Source: an uncultured Acidobacteriota bacterium (GTDB taxonomy: Bacteria; Acidobacteriota; Terriglobia; UBA7540). Taken from it: DNA of 64,000 nt. The notes under the pieces are model-generated. The model saw only the letters and a program-made list of their open reading frames with translations. It made no database searches and had not been told where the DNA came from. Positions 39,283 to 49,202 of the stretch are shown piece after piece. The DNA is taken from contig CAWDSK010000003.1 in assembly GCA_963804995.1 (NCBI GenBank), positions 320,001-384,000 of the forward strand, read 5' to 3'. How positions within the stretch are numbered: the first letter of the stretch is position 1; the number at the start of each line of letters is the position of its first letter. A program made the translations under genes and the position numbers.

Positions 39283-40977
39283 ATGAACCTGCCGGGCGCG
39301 GCCAAAAATCTTACCAGCACTCCCTATCAGCCCATTCGCGCGCCGCGGGGCACGACGCTTTCCTGCAAAGGATGGCAGCAGGAAGCCGCGATGCGGATGC
39401 TCATGAACAGCCTGGACGAGGAGGTCGCGGAGCGCCCGCAAGACCTGATCGTCTGCGGCGGCGCCGGCAAGCCTGCGCGCAATTGGGCCTGCTATTACGC
39501 CATCATCGAGGCCCTCAAAGGCCTGGAGAAGGATGAAGCCCTGCTCGTGCAATCCGGAAAACCCGCGGGAATTTTCGAGACTCAGGAAGCCGCGCCGCGC
39601 CTATTGATCGCCATCTCCAACCGGATGGGCCACGGGGTCTCTGGGGAAGAGTTTGGCGAACTCGAGCGCCTGGACCTGATGATGAACGAGCAGATGACGG
39701 CGGAAAGCTGGATATACACCGGCGCTCAGAGCATCTTCGCTGGAACCTTTGAAATTTTCGCCGCCGCTGCCCAGAAGCACTTTGGCAGCGACCTCGCCGG
39801 CAAGCTGGTGGTCACGGGTGGAATGGGCCGCCTGGGCGGAGTGCAGCCGCTGGCCGCCACCTTGAACGGCGCGGCCTTCCTGGGCATTGAAGTCGACGCG
39901 GAGCGGATCAAGCGCCGCCTCCGCACGGGCTACTGCGACATCTGCGTCAACTCGCTGGATGAGGCGATCCGCATCCTCAAGAATGCGGTGCGGCAAAAGC
40001 AAGCCGTGTCCGTGGGCCTGGTGGGCAACTGTGCCGAGGTTATTCCGGAACTGGCGCGGCGAGGTGTTGTCCCTGACCTGCTCACTGACCAGACGAACGC
40101 CGACGATCCGCTGAACGGTTACATCCCCTCCGGGCTGAGCTTGGAAGATGCTGCGGATCTGCGGCGCCGGAGTCCGGACGACTATCTCGGCCGCTCGTAC
40201 GAATCCATGGCGCGGCACGTGACGGCAATGCTCGAACTTCAGAAACTCGGTGCCGCAACTTTTGAATACGGGAACAATATACGCGCCATGGCGTTCGAGC
40301 ACGGCGGGGTGAAAGATGCCTACAACATCCCCGGCTTCGTTCCTGCCTACCTACGGCCGCAGCTCTCGGAGGGTCGCGGACCCATCTGCTGGGTGGCGCT
40401 TTCCGGCGATCCTGCGGATATCACTCGCACAGATGAGCTGGTGCTGGAACTTTTCCCCGACAACACTATTCTGAACCGCTGGATTCGGTTGGCGCGCAAA
40501 CACGTGAAGTTTCAGGGGCTCCCGGCGCGGGTCTGCTGGCTGGGTTACGCTGAGCGGGCGCTCTTCGGCGAGCGGATAAACGATCTGGTGGCCAAAGGCG
40601 AGTTGAAGGCGCCTATCGTGATCGGACGGGATCCCGTCGACTACGGCTTCGTGGCCTCGCAGGAAACCGAAGGCATGAAGGACGGGAGCGACGCCATTGT
40701 GGATGGGCCGATTCTCAATGCGCTGCTCAATACCGCCTCCGGCGCAAGCTGGGTTTCATTCCATCTCGGCAGCGGCGTGGGGAGCGGGTCTTCGCTATAC
40801 GCGGGGCAAGTCATCGTGGCGGATGGCACAGCGGAAATGGCGAAGCGCCTGAATCGGGTGCTAACCAACGACCCAGGTATCGGCGTGGCGTGGCAGGCGG
40901 ACGCGGGGCACGATGAAGCAATCAATTTCGCGAAAAAGGCGGGGGTGAAAATTCCGAAAGTGCCAAAGGACGAGTGA
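39283..40977 (+). CDS. hutU: Urocanate hydratase homologue with divergent conserved motifs
   Basis: LVQSGKP, FQGLPARVCWLG, ETEGMKDGSDA, VLTNDPG; full length. Confidence 0.85.
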   Translation: MNLPGAAKNLTSTPYQPIRAPRGTTLSCKGWQQEAAMRMLMNSLDEEVAERPQDLIVCGGAGKPARNWACYYAIIEALKGLEKDEALLVQSGKPAGIFETQEAAPRLLIAISNRMGHGVSGEEFGELERLDLMMNEQMTAESWIYTGAQSIFAGTFEIFAAAAQKHFGSDLAGKLVVTGGMGRLGGVQPLAATLNGAAFLGIEVDAERIKRRLRTGYCDICVNSLDEAIRILKNAVRQKQAVSVGLVGNCAEVIPELARRGVVPDLLTDQTNADDPLNGYIPSGLSLEDAADLRRRSPDDYLGRSYESMARHVTAMLELQKLGAATFEYGNNIRAMAFEHGGVKDAYNIPGFVPAYLRPQLSEGRGPICWVALSGDPADITRTDELVLELFPDNTILNRWIRLARKHVKFQGLPARVCWLGYAERALFGERINDLVAKGELKAPIVIGRDPVDYGFVASQETEGMKDGSDAIVDGPILNALLNTASGASWVSFHLGSGVGSGSSLYAGQVIVADGTAEMAKRLNRVLTNDPGIGVAWQADAGHDEAINFAKKAGVKIPKVPKDE

Positions 40978-41045
40978 ATCGTGATGAGCCGGCTCATGGC
41001 CTTTCTTGCTTGTCACTCGCCACTCGTCACTAGCCACTGTTCTCT

Positions 41046-41210
41046 TCAGCTTTTCTTTGAAGTCACGGTGAAGAAGCTGGCCAACTGCTGCTCAACCTTT
41101 CGGCTCTTGCATTTCGGGCAGGCAACACGCGCTTTGTCGTGTCCGGCGATCGTCATCGTCATGGCGAAGGTCTTCTTGCACTCTTTGCATGCATACTCAT
41201 ATGTGGGCAT
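41046..41210 (-). CDS. FmdB-family zinc-ribbon protein (54 aa, not in the ORF track)
   Basis: MPTYEYACKEC...ACPKCKS...TSKKS; RBS AGGAGG. Confidence 0.88.
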   Translation of the reverse strand: MPTYEYACKECKKTFAMTMTIAGHDKARVACPKCKSRKVEQQLASFFTVTSKKS

Positions 41211-41358
41211 AGGCGGGAACCTCCTGGCTGCAGCCAGCGCTTATTCTAGCAAAGAACCTGCCCGCTGACTCTGAAATGAGGAGTGACACTTGACGCCCCG
41301 CCACGGACAACTGACTACGGACCACGGACGGTTTTGCAATCCGTGATACATTCCCCTC

Positions 41359-42880
41359 ATGGAAACCCTGGTCGAATGCGTTCCGAACTTCAGTGAAGGG
41401 CGCGACCCCGCCGTCGTGGACGCAATCGTTCGGGCGCTTCTCGCCGGGCCTGACGTTTACCTGCTTGACCAGCAGATGGATGTTGACCATAACCGCTCGG
41501 TAATCACCCTCGTCGGAACGCGCGAGAGCGTGGGCAAGGCTGCAGTGCGAGGCATTGGCGAGGCCGCAGAACTGATCGACTTGAACCATCACCAGGGCAC
41601 GCACCCTCGCCTGGGCGCGACGGACGTTGTTCCCTTCGTTCCCATCACCGGCGTTACGCTGGAGGACTGCGTGTACATTGCCGAATGGGTGGCGGAAGAA
41701 GCTTGGCGGCGCTTCAAGGTTCCAACTTATCTTTATGAGGCGGCAGCGCGCCGGCCGGAGCGGCGGAATCTGGAGAATGTCCGCCGCGGCCAGTTTGAAG
41801 GTCTGCGCGAAGAACTCCAGACTAATCCCGCCCGCCGCCCCGATTTTGGTGACGCGGCACTGCACCCGACGGCGGGCGCTACGGCCGTAGGAGCCCGCAA
41901 GTTCCTGATTGCTTTCAACATCAACTTGAACACCCCGGATGTCGCTTTGGCCCAAGCCATCGCTCAGAAGATTCGCGCTTCGAGCGGCGGATTCGCCTGC
42001 GTCAAAGCGATGGGCGTGGAATTGAAGGCTCGCCACCTCACGCAGGTTTCCATGAACCTGACGGATTTTGAGACCACCTCGATGGGAACCGTTTTCGACG
42101 CAGTGGCGAAAGAAGCCGCCGCGCACGGTGTCACCATTGCCGGCAGTGAGATCGTGGGCCTGGTCCCCCGCCGGGCGCTCGAAGATGCCGCAGCACATGA
42201 CTTGCAACTCGAGAATTTCCGGCCGGAATTGATTGTCGAAAACCGCCTGGAGCAGGTGCTCAACCAACAAGCAAGCCGGGGCACGCCATGGCATGCCCCG
42301 ACTACCGCGCTGCGGGCGATGGTCGAGGAGTTCGTGAGTGCGGTGGCAGCGCCCACGCCGATGCCTGGCGGTGGCAGCGTGACCGCTCTCGCCGCCGCCC
42401 TGGCCGCGGCGCTAGGCGAAATGGTTTGTGGGGTGTCGCTGAAACGCAAATCGCTCGCGGCGCACCACACGACGCTCGAAGCGGCGCGCGCGCGCCTGGC
42501 TGCTGGGCGGGAACGGCTGATGGAAAACATCGACCGGGACGCGCAGAGTTATGAGGGGGTGATGCGGGCTTTCAAATTGCCGAAAACCACGGACGTAGAA
42601 CAAGCCGCAAGCAATCAAGCTATCGAGGCCGCGAGCAAGGCCGCATGCTCTGTGCCGCTGGAGACAGCGGAGATGGCAGTGGCGGTGGAGCGCGAATTAG
42701 CAGGCCTTACGGGAATTACCATTCCTCAAGCCGCCTCGGACTTGACCGTAGCCGCTCACCTCGCGCAAACCGCAAGGCAGGGTGCAATGGAGAATGTCCG
42801 TGCGAATCTTGCCAGTGTTCACGATGAAGAGTGGTTGCGTGAAACTGAGGCGAGGCTTCGAAGCGCTCGAGACCACCTGA
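41359..42880 (+). CDS. ftcD: Glutamate formimidoyltransferase / formimidoyl-THF cyclodeaminase; true stop probably 42878-42880 after a +1 frameshift (the ORF as read runs to 43068)
   Basis: ECVPNFSEGR, DHNRSV, HPRLGATDVVPF, VSMNL, PMPGGGS. Confidence 0.9.
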
Positions 42881-42967
42881 CCTACGGGCCCCAATATTCT
42901 ATCCGCAGACCGGTGAAACCACCCCCTGGAACACAGCAATCCTTCGTCCCCCTCGGATTCGGTAGAC

Positions 42968-43012
42968 GAAGAACCGCAGACCCCAACGACGGGGGGTCTG
43001 CGCTACGCTTGC
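42968..43012. repeat. Degenerate family A REP
   Basis: GAAGAACCGCAGACCCCAACGACGGGGGGTCTGCGCTACGCTTGC. Confidence 0.75.
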
Positions 43013-43075
43013 TTCCGCTCTGCCGCCCCGCCCTTCCGTCCCGTAGTGCGAAATCCGCGTTATACTAATCGATCC

Positions 43076-44416
43076 ATGAGTCCGACTCCGACAACCCAAT
43101 ACGGTCAGGCGCCGGCCGCGCCATCCCTGCCGGAGGTGCACCGGAGTGTAATTGTCCCGGCGGGGGCGGGTTTCTGGCGGAAGCTTCTGGCTTTCTCAGG
43201 GCCGGGGTTTCTGGTAGCCGTCGGTTACATGGACCCGGGCAACTGGGCCACGGACATCGCCGGCGGATCGCGTTTCGCTTACCAATTGATCTCCGTTCTG
43301 ATGATCTCCAATCTCATGGCGATCTTGGTGCAGGCGCTTGCCGCGCGCCTCGGCATTGCCACGCAGCATGACCTCGCGCAGGCCTGCAAGGCCCATTATT
43401 CGCCGCGGATCAGCATCCTCCTCTGGGTTTTCTGTGAAATTGCCATCGCGGCGTGCGACTTGGCGGAGGTCATCGGCTCCGCCATCGCCCTCAACCTGCT
43501 TTTTCATATTCCCCTGCTGCTCGGCGTCTGCTTGACGGCGCTCGATGTCCTCGCCATCCTCTATCTGCAGCACAGAGGTTTCCGCTATCTCGAGGCCCTG
43601 GTGGTCTCGCTCATCGGGATTATCGGCGGTTGTTACCTCGTGGAACTCCTGCTGGTGCGGCCGAACGTCATGGCGATTGCCAAGGGGTTCATCCCCACGC
43701 CGGAAATCCTCACCAACCACGAGATGCTGTACATTGCTATTGGCATGCTGGGAGCCACCGTCATGCCGCACAATCTCTATCTCCACTCGTCGCTGGTGCA
43801 GACGCGGGCCATCGACCGCACGCGCGAGGGCATCAAGACGGCGATGCGATACAATTTCCTGGATTCATTCCTGGCGCTCAACTTTGCCTTTCTGATTAAT
43901 GCCGCGATTCTGATTATGGCAGCGGGTACGTTCTATCGAGCCGGGTATACGCAGGTCGCGGAAATCCAGGAGGCGTACCACACCCTGACTCCTTTGCTCG
44001 GATCGCAACTTGCCGCCATCCTGTTTGCCATTGCCCTGCTCTGTTCCGGCCAGAACTCCACCTTGACGGGAACCCTGGCGGGCCAGATCGTCATGGAAGG
44101 ATTTCTCAACATTCGCCTGGTTCCCTGGCTGCGCCGGTTGATCACACGACTGCTGGCCATTATCCCGGCTATCATCACCGTCATCTTTTTCGGCCAAGCG
44201 GGCACCGCCAAGCTCCTGATATTCAGCCAGGTCATCCTGAGCCTGCAACTCTCTTTCGCCGTCGTTCCCCTGGTGCAGTTCACCAGCGACCGGCGCAAGA
44301 TGGGGGAATTCGTAAACCCGCGCTGGTTGAAATTGCTTTCGTGGACCACGGCGGGAATCATCGCGGCACTGAACGCATATCTTCTGGTTCAAACCGTTCG
44401 AGATTGGATTCATTAA
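43076..44416 (+). CDS. mntH: Nramp divalent metal transporter
   Basis: GYMDPGNW, MPHNLYLHS, GTLAGQIVMEGF. Confidence 0.95.
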   Translation: MSPTPTTQYGQAPAAPSLPEVHRSVIVPAGAGFWRKLLAFSGPGFLVAVGYMDPGNWATDIAGGSRFAYQLISVLMISNLMAILVQALAARLGIATQHDLAQACKAHYSPRISILLWVFCEIAIAACDLAEVIGSAIALNLLFHIPLLLGVCLTALDVLAILYLQHRGFRYLEALVVSLIGIIGGCYLVELLLVRPNVMAIAKGFIPTPEILTNHEMLYIAIGMLGATVMPHNLYLHSSLVQTRAIDRTREGIKTAMRYNFLDSFLALNFAFLINAAILIMAAGTFYRAGYTQVAEIQEAYHTLTPLLGSQLAAILFAIALLCSGQNSTLTGTLAGQIVMEGFLNIRLVPWLRRLITRLLAIIPAIITVIFFGQAGTAKLLIFSQVILSLQLSFAVVPLVQFTSDRRKMGEFVNPRWLKLLSWTTAGIIAALNAYLLVQTVRDWIH

Positions 44417-44427
44417 CGAGGCGGGCG

Positions 44428-44856
44428 ATGTTCAAAAGAATACTGGTGGCTCTGGACCATAGCAAGGCCGACGGTTTCCTTTTGCCACGCATTAAGGAAT
44501 TGGCGCGCTTGACCGGTGCGGAGATTCTCCTGCTGCATGTATCCACGGGTTGGGCGGCGCAGTGGCAGGAAAACCTGAATCTGTCTGATTCCCAGGAAAT
44601 CAAAGAGGACCGCGAGTTTTTGGAGAAGGTGGCAAGCGATTTGCGCAGCGAGAATTTCCAGGTCACGGTGCGGCATGCCAGAGGTGAGCCCGCGCGCGCC
44701 ATTCTGCACACGGCGCACGCCGATCAATGCGACCTGATCGCCATGGCCACGCACGGGCACCGGTTGATCTCCGATCTCATCCACGGCACGACCATCACCA
44801 AGGTGCGGCATGAAAGCACCGTACCAATCTTTTTGGTCAAAGCGGAGATGGACTGA
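44428..44856 (+). CDS. Universal stress protein
   Basis: FKRILVALD, DLIAMATHGH. Confidence 0.92.
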   Translation: MFKRILVALDHSKADGFLLPRIKELARLTGAEILLLHVSTGWAAQWQENLNLSDSQEIKEDREFLEKVASDLRSENFQVTVRHARGEPARAILHTAHADQCDLIAMATHGHRLISDLIHGTTITKVRHESTVPIFLVKAEMD

Positions 44857-44927
44857 CCCGTATTTCCTTGCCCTCGCAAGAAATTCAGGCTAAAAGAAAC
44901 ACAGGGCTTCGGGGAGAATTCAAATAC

Positions 44928-46031
44928 ATGTTGATGCCAGGACACGCTACGCCGGAGGGCACCGCTCGCTACCGGGATCGCTTTGAGCCGGCCCTGCCGG
45001 GCAATTTCCGTGAAGTCCAGAACCTCTGGATATCTTCGATTGGGATTGGAACCTACCTGGGAGAGCCCACGGCCGCCTATGACGCGCTTTATCGCGAGGC
45101 AGTGGCCGAGGCCTTGGAGAGTGGAATAAACATCGTTGACACGGCCGTAAATTACCGGCACCAGCGCAGCGAGCGGGCCATCGCCCAGGCGCTTGCCGCG
45201 GCGATTTCAGAGGGCAAGATCCGGCGCGATGAGGTGATGATTGCCACTAAGGGTGGCTTTCTGACTTTCGATGCCGGCGAGCCCGAGGACCCCTCCGCGT
45301 ATTTTCAGCAGACGCTTGTCGATACGGGTTTGGTGCGCTTGGAAGAAGTGGTGGCGGGCTGCCACGTGATGTCCCCGAAGTACCTGGAGAACCAGATTGA
45401 CGTGAGCCGGCGGAATTTGGGGCTCGAGACCTTGGATATTTATTACCTACATAATCCCGAAACTCAAATCCCTCATGTGTCGCGCGAGGAGTTTGACCGG
45501 CGGGTGAGGGCAGCCTTTGCAGCCCTGGAGAAAGGTGCGAGCGAAGGCAAGCTTCGTGTTTACGGAACCGCGACCTGGAACGGTTATCGCGTGGGACAGG
45601 AGTCGCGCGAGGCACTGTCGCTCGCAGACCTGCTGCGTGCCGCGGAAGAGGTAGGCGGCAAGGACCACCATTTTCGCGCCATCCAATTGCCCTTCAACCT
45701 CGCCATGCCGGAGGCCCTGGCGGCCAGCACCCAGCGCCTCGACGGCAGAGCGGTTCCGGTCTTGCAGGTGGCACGCTCAAACGGCATGATGGTTTTCGCC
45801 AGCGCCAGTCTGTTGCAACAGAAACTGGCGGAAGGCCTGCCGAAGGAAATCCGCGAACGGCTCCCCGGAATGAATACCGACGCTCAGCGGGCCATTCAGT
45901 TCGTGCGCTCCACCCCCGGAATTACCAGCGCGCTGGTGGGAATGAGCCATCGCGATCACGTGAAAGAGAACCTCGGCACAGCGCGCACACCGCCGCTTAC
46001 TATCGAGCAGTATCGCGCCATGTTCAGCTAG
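44928..46031 (+). CDS. Aldo/keto reductase
   Basis: SIGIGT, DTAVNY, IATKGG, LDIYYLHNP, QLPFN. Confidence 0.9.
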   Translation: MLMPGHATPEGTARYRDRFEPALPGNFREVQNLWISSIGIGTYLGEPTAAYDALYREAVAEALESGINIVDTAVNYRHQRSERAIAQALAAAISEGKIRRDEVMIATKGGFLTFDAGEPEDPSAYFQQTLVDTGLVRLEEVVAGCHVMSPKYLENQIDVSRRNLGLETLDIYYLHNPETQIPHVSREEFDRRVRAAFAALEKGASEGKLRVYGTATWNGYRVGQESREALSLADLLRAAEEVGGKDHHFRAIQLPFNLAMPEALAASTQRLDGRAVPVLQVARSNGMMVFASASLLQQKLAEGLPKEIRERLPGMNTDAQRAIQFVRSTPGITSALVGMSHRDHVKENLGTARTPPLTIEQYRAMFS

Positions 46032-46326
46032 TCCGGTTTTCTTACGAAGCTGGGATGCCCTTGGGGGCTTTGGAAGGGCGGCGTTGATGGTTTTTGAATT
46101 TCTAACTTGTAGAATTCTCAAACGCCCAAGTGCCCCCTCACCCGTCCCGCCCCGGCTGATGAATACGCCGGCGGCGGTCCACCCTCTCCCCTCGGAGAGG
46201 GCTGTTATTCACGGTGGGGTGCTCCATCGGCATATGCAGAAGATAGGTCTCCAATTCGGCCAGTGGGCGCTTCGATATAACTTTCCCGTGGCCGGAACTA
46301 CCCTGAAATAATAGCCTTCTCCCCAG

Positions 46327-48031
46327 GAGCTTGTGACTTTTTGGGTCACCAGTGAGGGGGGATGGGTGGGGGGAGGAGGCAGAAAATCGGGAGCGGAGGT
46401 ACGGAGAGAGAAAAAAGCTGGCGGTTGGGTCGGTACTTGTATTAATATAAATGTTATGGACAACGTTTTACATTCAGATGATTTTAAATTAGGAATGGAA
46501 CCGGCGGTAGGTCAGGAAGCGGAAGGAAAGGAAGAGAAGGGCGCGAAGGGGGCAGCAGAGCGGCGCGGGGCGGTGCGTTTGCGCCGGCCGGAGCGCCAGC
46601 AGATGGCCTGGGTGGCGCAATGTCCGGACGATCTGGTGGGGCCGGGGCACGGGGTGCGGCGGGTGGCGGCGGTGGTGGAGCGCTTGGACTTAGCGGCGTT
46701 CCGCCTGCCGATCAAGGCGCGGGAAGGAGGGGCTGGACGGGACGCGACCGATCCCCAGCTTTTAGTGTCGCTGTGGTTATACGCCTGTGTGCGGGGCATC
46801 GGTGCGGCGCGCGAACTGGCGCGGCAGTGCCAGGAGCATGCGGCCTTTCGCTGGCTGTGCGGAGGGGTGACGGTGAACCACCGTTTGCTGTCGGACTTTC
46901 GCACCGATCACGCCGAGGCCTTGGACACCCTGTTCACGCAAGTGATCGCTGCTCTGGTGGATAAAGGAGTGGTGAAGGTCAGCCGCATCAGCCAGGACGG
47001 AATGCGGGTGCGGGTGGGGGCGGGGAAGAAGAGTTTTCGGCGGGAAAGGCGGCTGGAGGAACTGCTGGGGGAAGCGGAACGGCACGTGGCGGAGTTGAGA
47101 CGGCAACTGGAGTCGCCGGAAGGAGCGGGGCTGAGCGCGCGGCAAGCGGCGGCGCGGAAGCGGGCGGCGCAGGAGCGGCAGAAACGCCTGCAGGAGGCGA
47201 TTGCGCAACTGCCGGAGCTGCAACGCCGGCACACCGCAAGGGTAAAGCGGACGGGGGGAAAACGGGGCCAGGAGATTGCGGCGCAGCCTCCGCGGGTGAG
47301 CACGACGGATGCGGAAGCGCGCATCATGAAGATGCCCAACGGGGGCTACGACCCGGCGGTGAATGTGCAGTTGGCGGCGGACCCGGAGAGCCGCGCCATT
47401 GTGGGGGTGGAGGTGAGCGCGGAAGGTTCGGACTCGGGAGGACTGAGCGCGCCGCTGCGGGAACAGGTGGAACAGCGCACGGGCGGGAAGGTGGAAGAGC
47501 ACTTGTTGGACGGCGGGTACCTGCGCAAGGAAGACTTGGAAGCGGCACACGCGCAGGGCGTGGCGCTGTTCATCCCGCCGCACACGGCGCAAAATCGTCA
47601 GAAGCGGGGGAAGGAACTGGAGCCCCAGAAGGGCGACAGCGAGGCCGTACGAGAGTGGAAGCAACGCATGAAAAGTGAGGAGGGAAAGAAAATCTATCAG
47701 CAGAGAGCGGCGACGAGTGAAACCGTCAACGCCGACTTGCGCACCTATCGCGGTTTGGGCCGCATCCTGGTGCGCGGGCTGGCCAAGGCACGCTGCGTGG
47801 CACTGTGGTGCGCCCTGGCTTACAACGTGATGCACTTCGCGCCCCTGTTGCTGGGCTAACCAAGCCCTGCCCAGCCGTACCGGGCACGGGTGTAGGGCGG
47901 ATTCCCCCGGTACTCCTTGCCGCGCGGCACCGCTCCACCGGCCAAGGGGAGCCCTCTCGCGCACTTCCCAAGCTGCCCACTACCTGACCCGCCCCACCGC
48001 GTAACGGTGGCTTCGAAAAAGTCACAAGCTC
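46327..48031 (+). mobile_element. IS1182-family insertion sequence, 1705 bp, 16-bp TIR, 3-bp TSD (CAG)
   Basis: GAGCTTGTGACTTTTT (46327-46342) / AAAAAGTCACAAGCTC (48016-48031); CAG at 46324-46326 and 48032-48034. Confidence 0.9.
46456..47859 (+). CDS. IS1182-family DDE transposase
   Basis: DPQLLVSLWLYA, FRWLCGG, QDGMRVR, STTDAEAR.MK, LDGGY, YQQR..TSETV. Confidence 0.9.
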   Translation: MDNVLHSDDFKLGMEPAVGQEAEGKEEKGAKGAAERRGAVRLRRPERQQMAWVAQCPDDLVGPGHGVRRVAAVVERLDLAAFRLPIKAREGGAGRDATDPQLLVSLWLYACVRGIGAARELARQCQEHAAFRWLCGGVTVNHRLLSDFRTDHAEALDTLFTQVIAALVDKGVVKVSRISQDGMRVRVGAGKKSFRRERRLEELLGEAERHVAELRRQLESPEGAGLSARQAAARKRAAQERQKRLQEAIAQLPELQRRHTARVKRTGGKRGQEIAAQPPRVSTTDAEARIMKMPNGGYDPAVNVQLAADPESRAIVGVEVSAEGSDSGGLSAPLREQVEQRTGGKVEEHLLDGGYLRKEDLEAAHAQGVALFIPPHTAQNRQKRGKELEPQKGDSEAVREWKQRMKSEEGKKIYQQRAATSETVNADLRTYRGLGRILVRGLAKARCVALWCALAYNVMHFAPLLLG

Positions 48032-48223
48032 CAGGGGAGAAGGTGGCTGACGTAGGAGGCCGGATGAGGGGTTACTTACACACTCAGGGCGTCGAAACAA
48101 GTTACAACTTATAAATTCAAAAGCCATTAGCCCCGCCCTTCCAAAGCCGTGGTGAGGAATTCAGGCTAGTGAGGAGCGGTTGGCCGGGCAGAATACCTTA
48201 CGGCGTAGACAGAGACCTCAGCG

Positions 48224-49042
48224 ATGAACAACGCATCTGACAACCGGCTGACGCGGGCCGTTGAGGCTCTTGGCCAGGCGGATTTCCCCGTGGCGATCAG
48301 CCTGCTGGAGGAGTTGGTGCTCGAAGACTCCGCGAATGCCGATGCCTGGAGCCAATTGGGCTTGTGCTACCTTGAGACCCAGAGGGGCGCCGACGCGTTG
48401 GAGGCCCTTTCGCGCGCCGTCACAGCCGCGCCCACTGACGCCAACGCCCACTATCTCTTGGGCAATGCTTACGGATCGATGGGGCAGTTGGATCGTGCCG
48501 CCGCTTGCTATCGGCAGGCACTCGCGATTGATCCTCACCATACCAAAGCGGAAGAGTTTCTGATCAAGGCCGAATCACTGCTGGAGAGCCGGGAGCACTA
48601 CCGCTCCGGACTGAGCCTACTCTATTCTCAAAATCCCTCACCGCCAGACTTGACCCGCGCCCTCCGTGAGCTGGTGCAGTCGGTGGCGATTTTTGAAAAC
48701 TCCCCGGCGCGCGACAATCTGCTGGAATGTGCGCGCCGGCTGCTGGACCTATGGCAGGAGTTTCCGGTTCCGATGAAGGTCACGCCCGAGCTTGAACCAT
48801 GGGCGGCTGCTTGTGAGCGAGGCTTTCAATGCATTCGCTACAAGAATTGGGTCGGCGCCCAGGCAGCTTACGAGGAAGCCTTGACCTATCGCATCACCGA
48901 CCCGTTTGTCCATCACGCCCTCGGTTTCAGCTTCATCGAACTCGGTGAAACGGATAACGCCGTCCATGCCTGGTTGCGGACGGTCGAGCTCAACTCGAAC
49001 TACGATTTCACACAATTCGGCCGCGTCCAGCGCGAGGCCTGA
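48224..49042 (+). CDS. TPR protein
   Basis: AWSQLGLCY, AHYLLGNAY, VHHALGFSF. Confidence 0.85.
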   Translation: MNNASDNRLTRAVEALGQADFPVAISLLEELVLEDSANADAWSQLGLCYLETQRGADALEALSRAVTAAPTDANAHYLLGNAYGSMGQLDRAAACYRQALAIDPHHTKAEEFLIKAESLLESREHYRSGLSLLYSQNPSPPDLTRALRELVQSVAIFENSPARDNLLECARRLLDLWQEFPVPMKVTPELEPWAAACERGFQCIRYKNWVGAQAAYEEALTYRITDPFVHHALGFSFIELGETDNAVHAWLRTVELNSNYDFTQFGRVQREA

Positions 49043-49202
49043 AGAGGCTGCGGCTTCTGGGGACTTGTAGGAGCGGGGCAGGTCGGCCGTGGCACCTCAA
49101 TATGCGTCACTACCACCCTGTGAGCGAGCTTGACAAGGCCCTCAGCTTTCCGTAAGTTGGATAAACGCTTGGGCTGGGGCAATCGAGAATCAGGAGACGC
49201 AA

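Noticed and set aside
42881..43068. C-terminal extension of FtcD
   Set aside because: It reads through intergenic DNA and a family A REP; a one-base correction gives a stop at 42878-42880.
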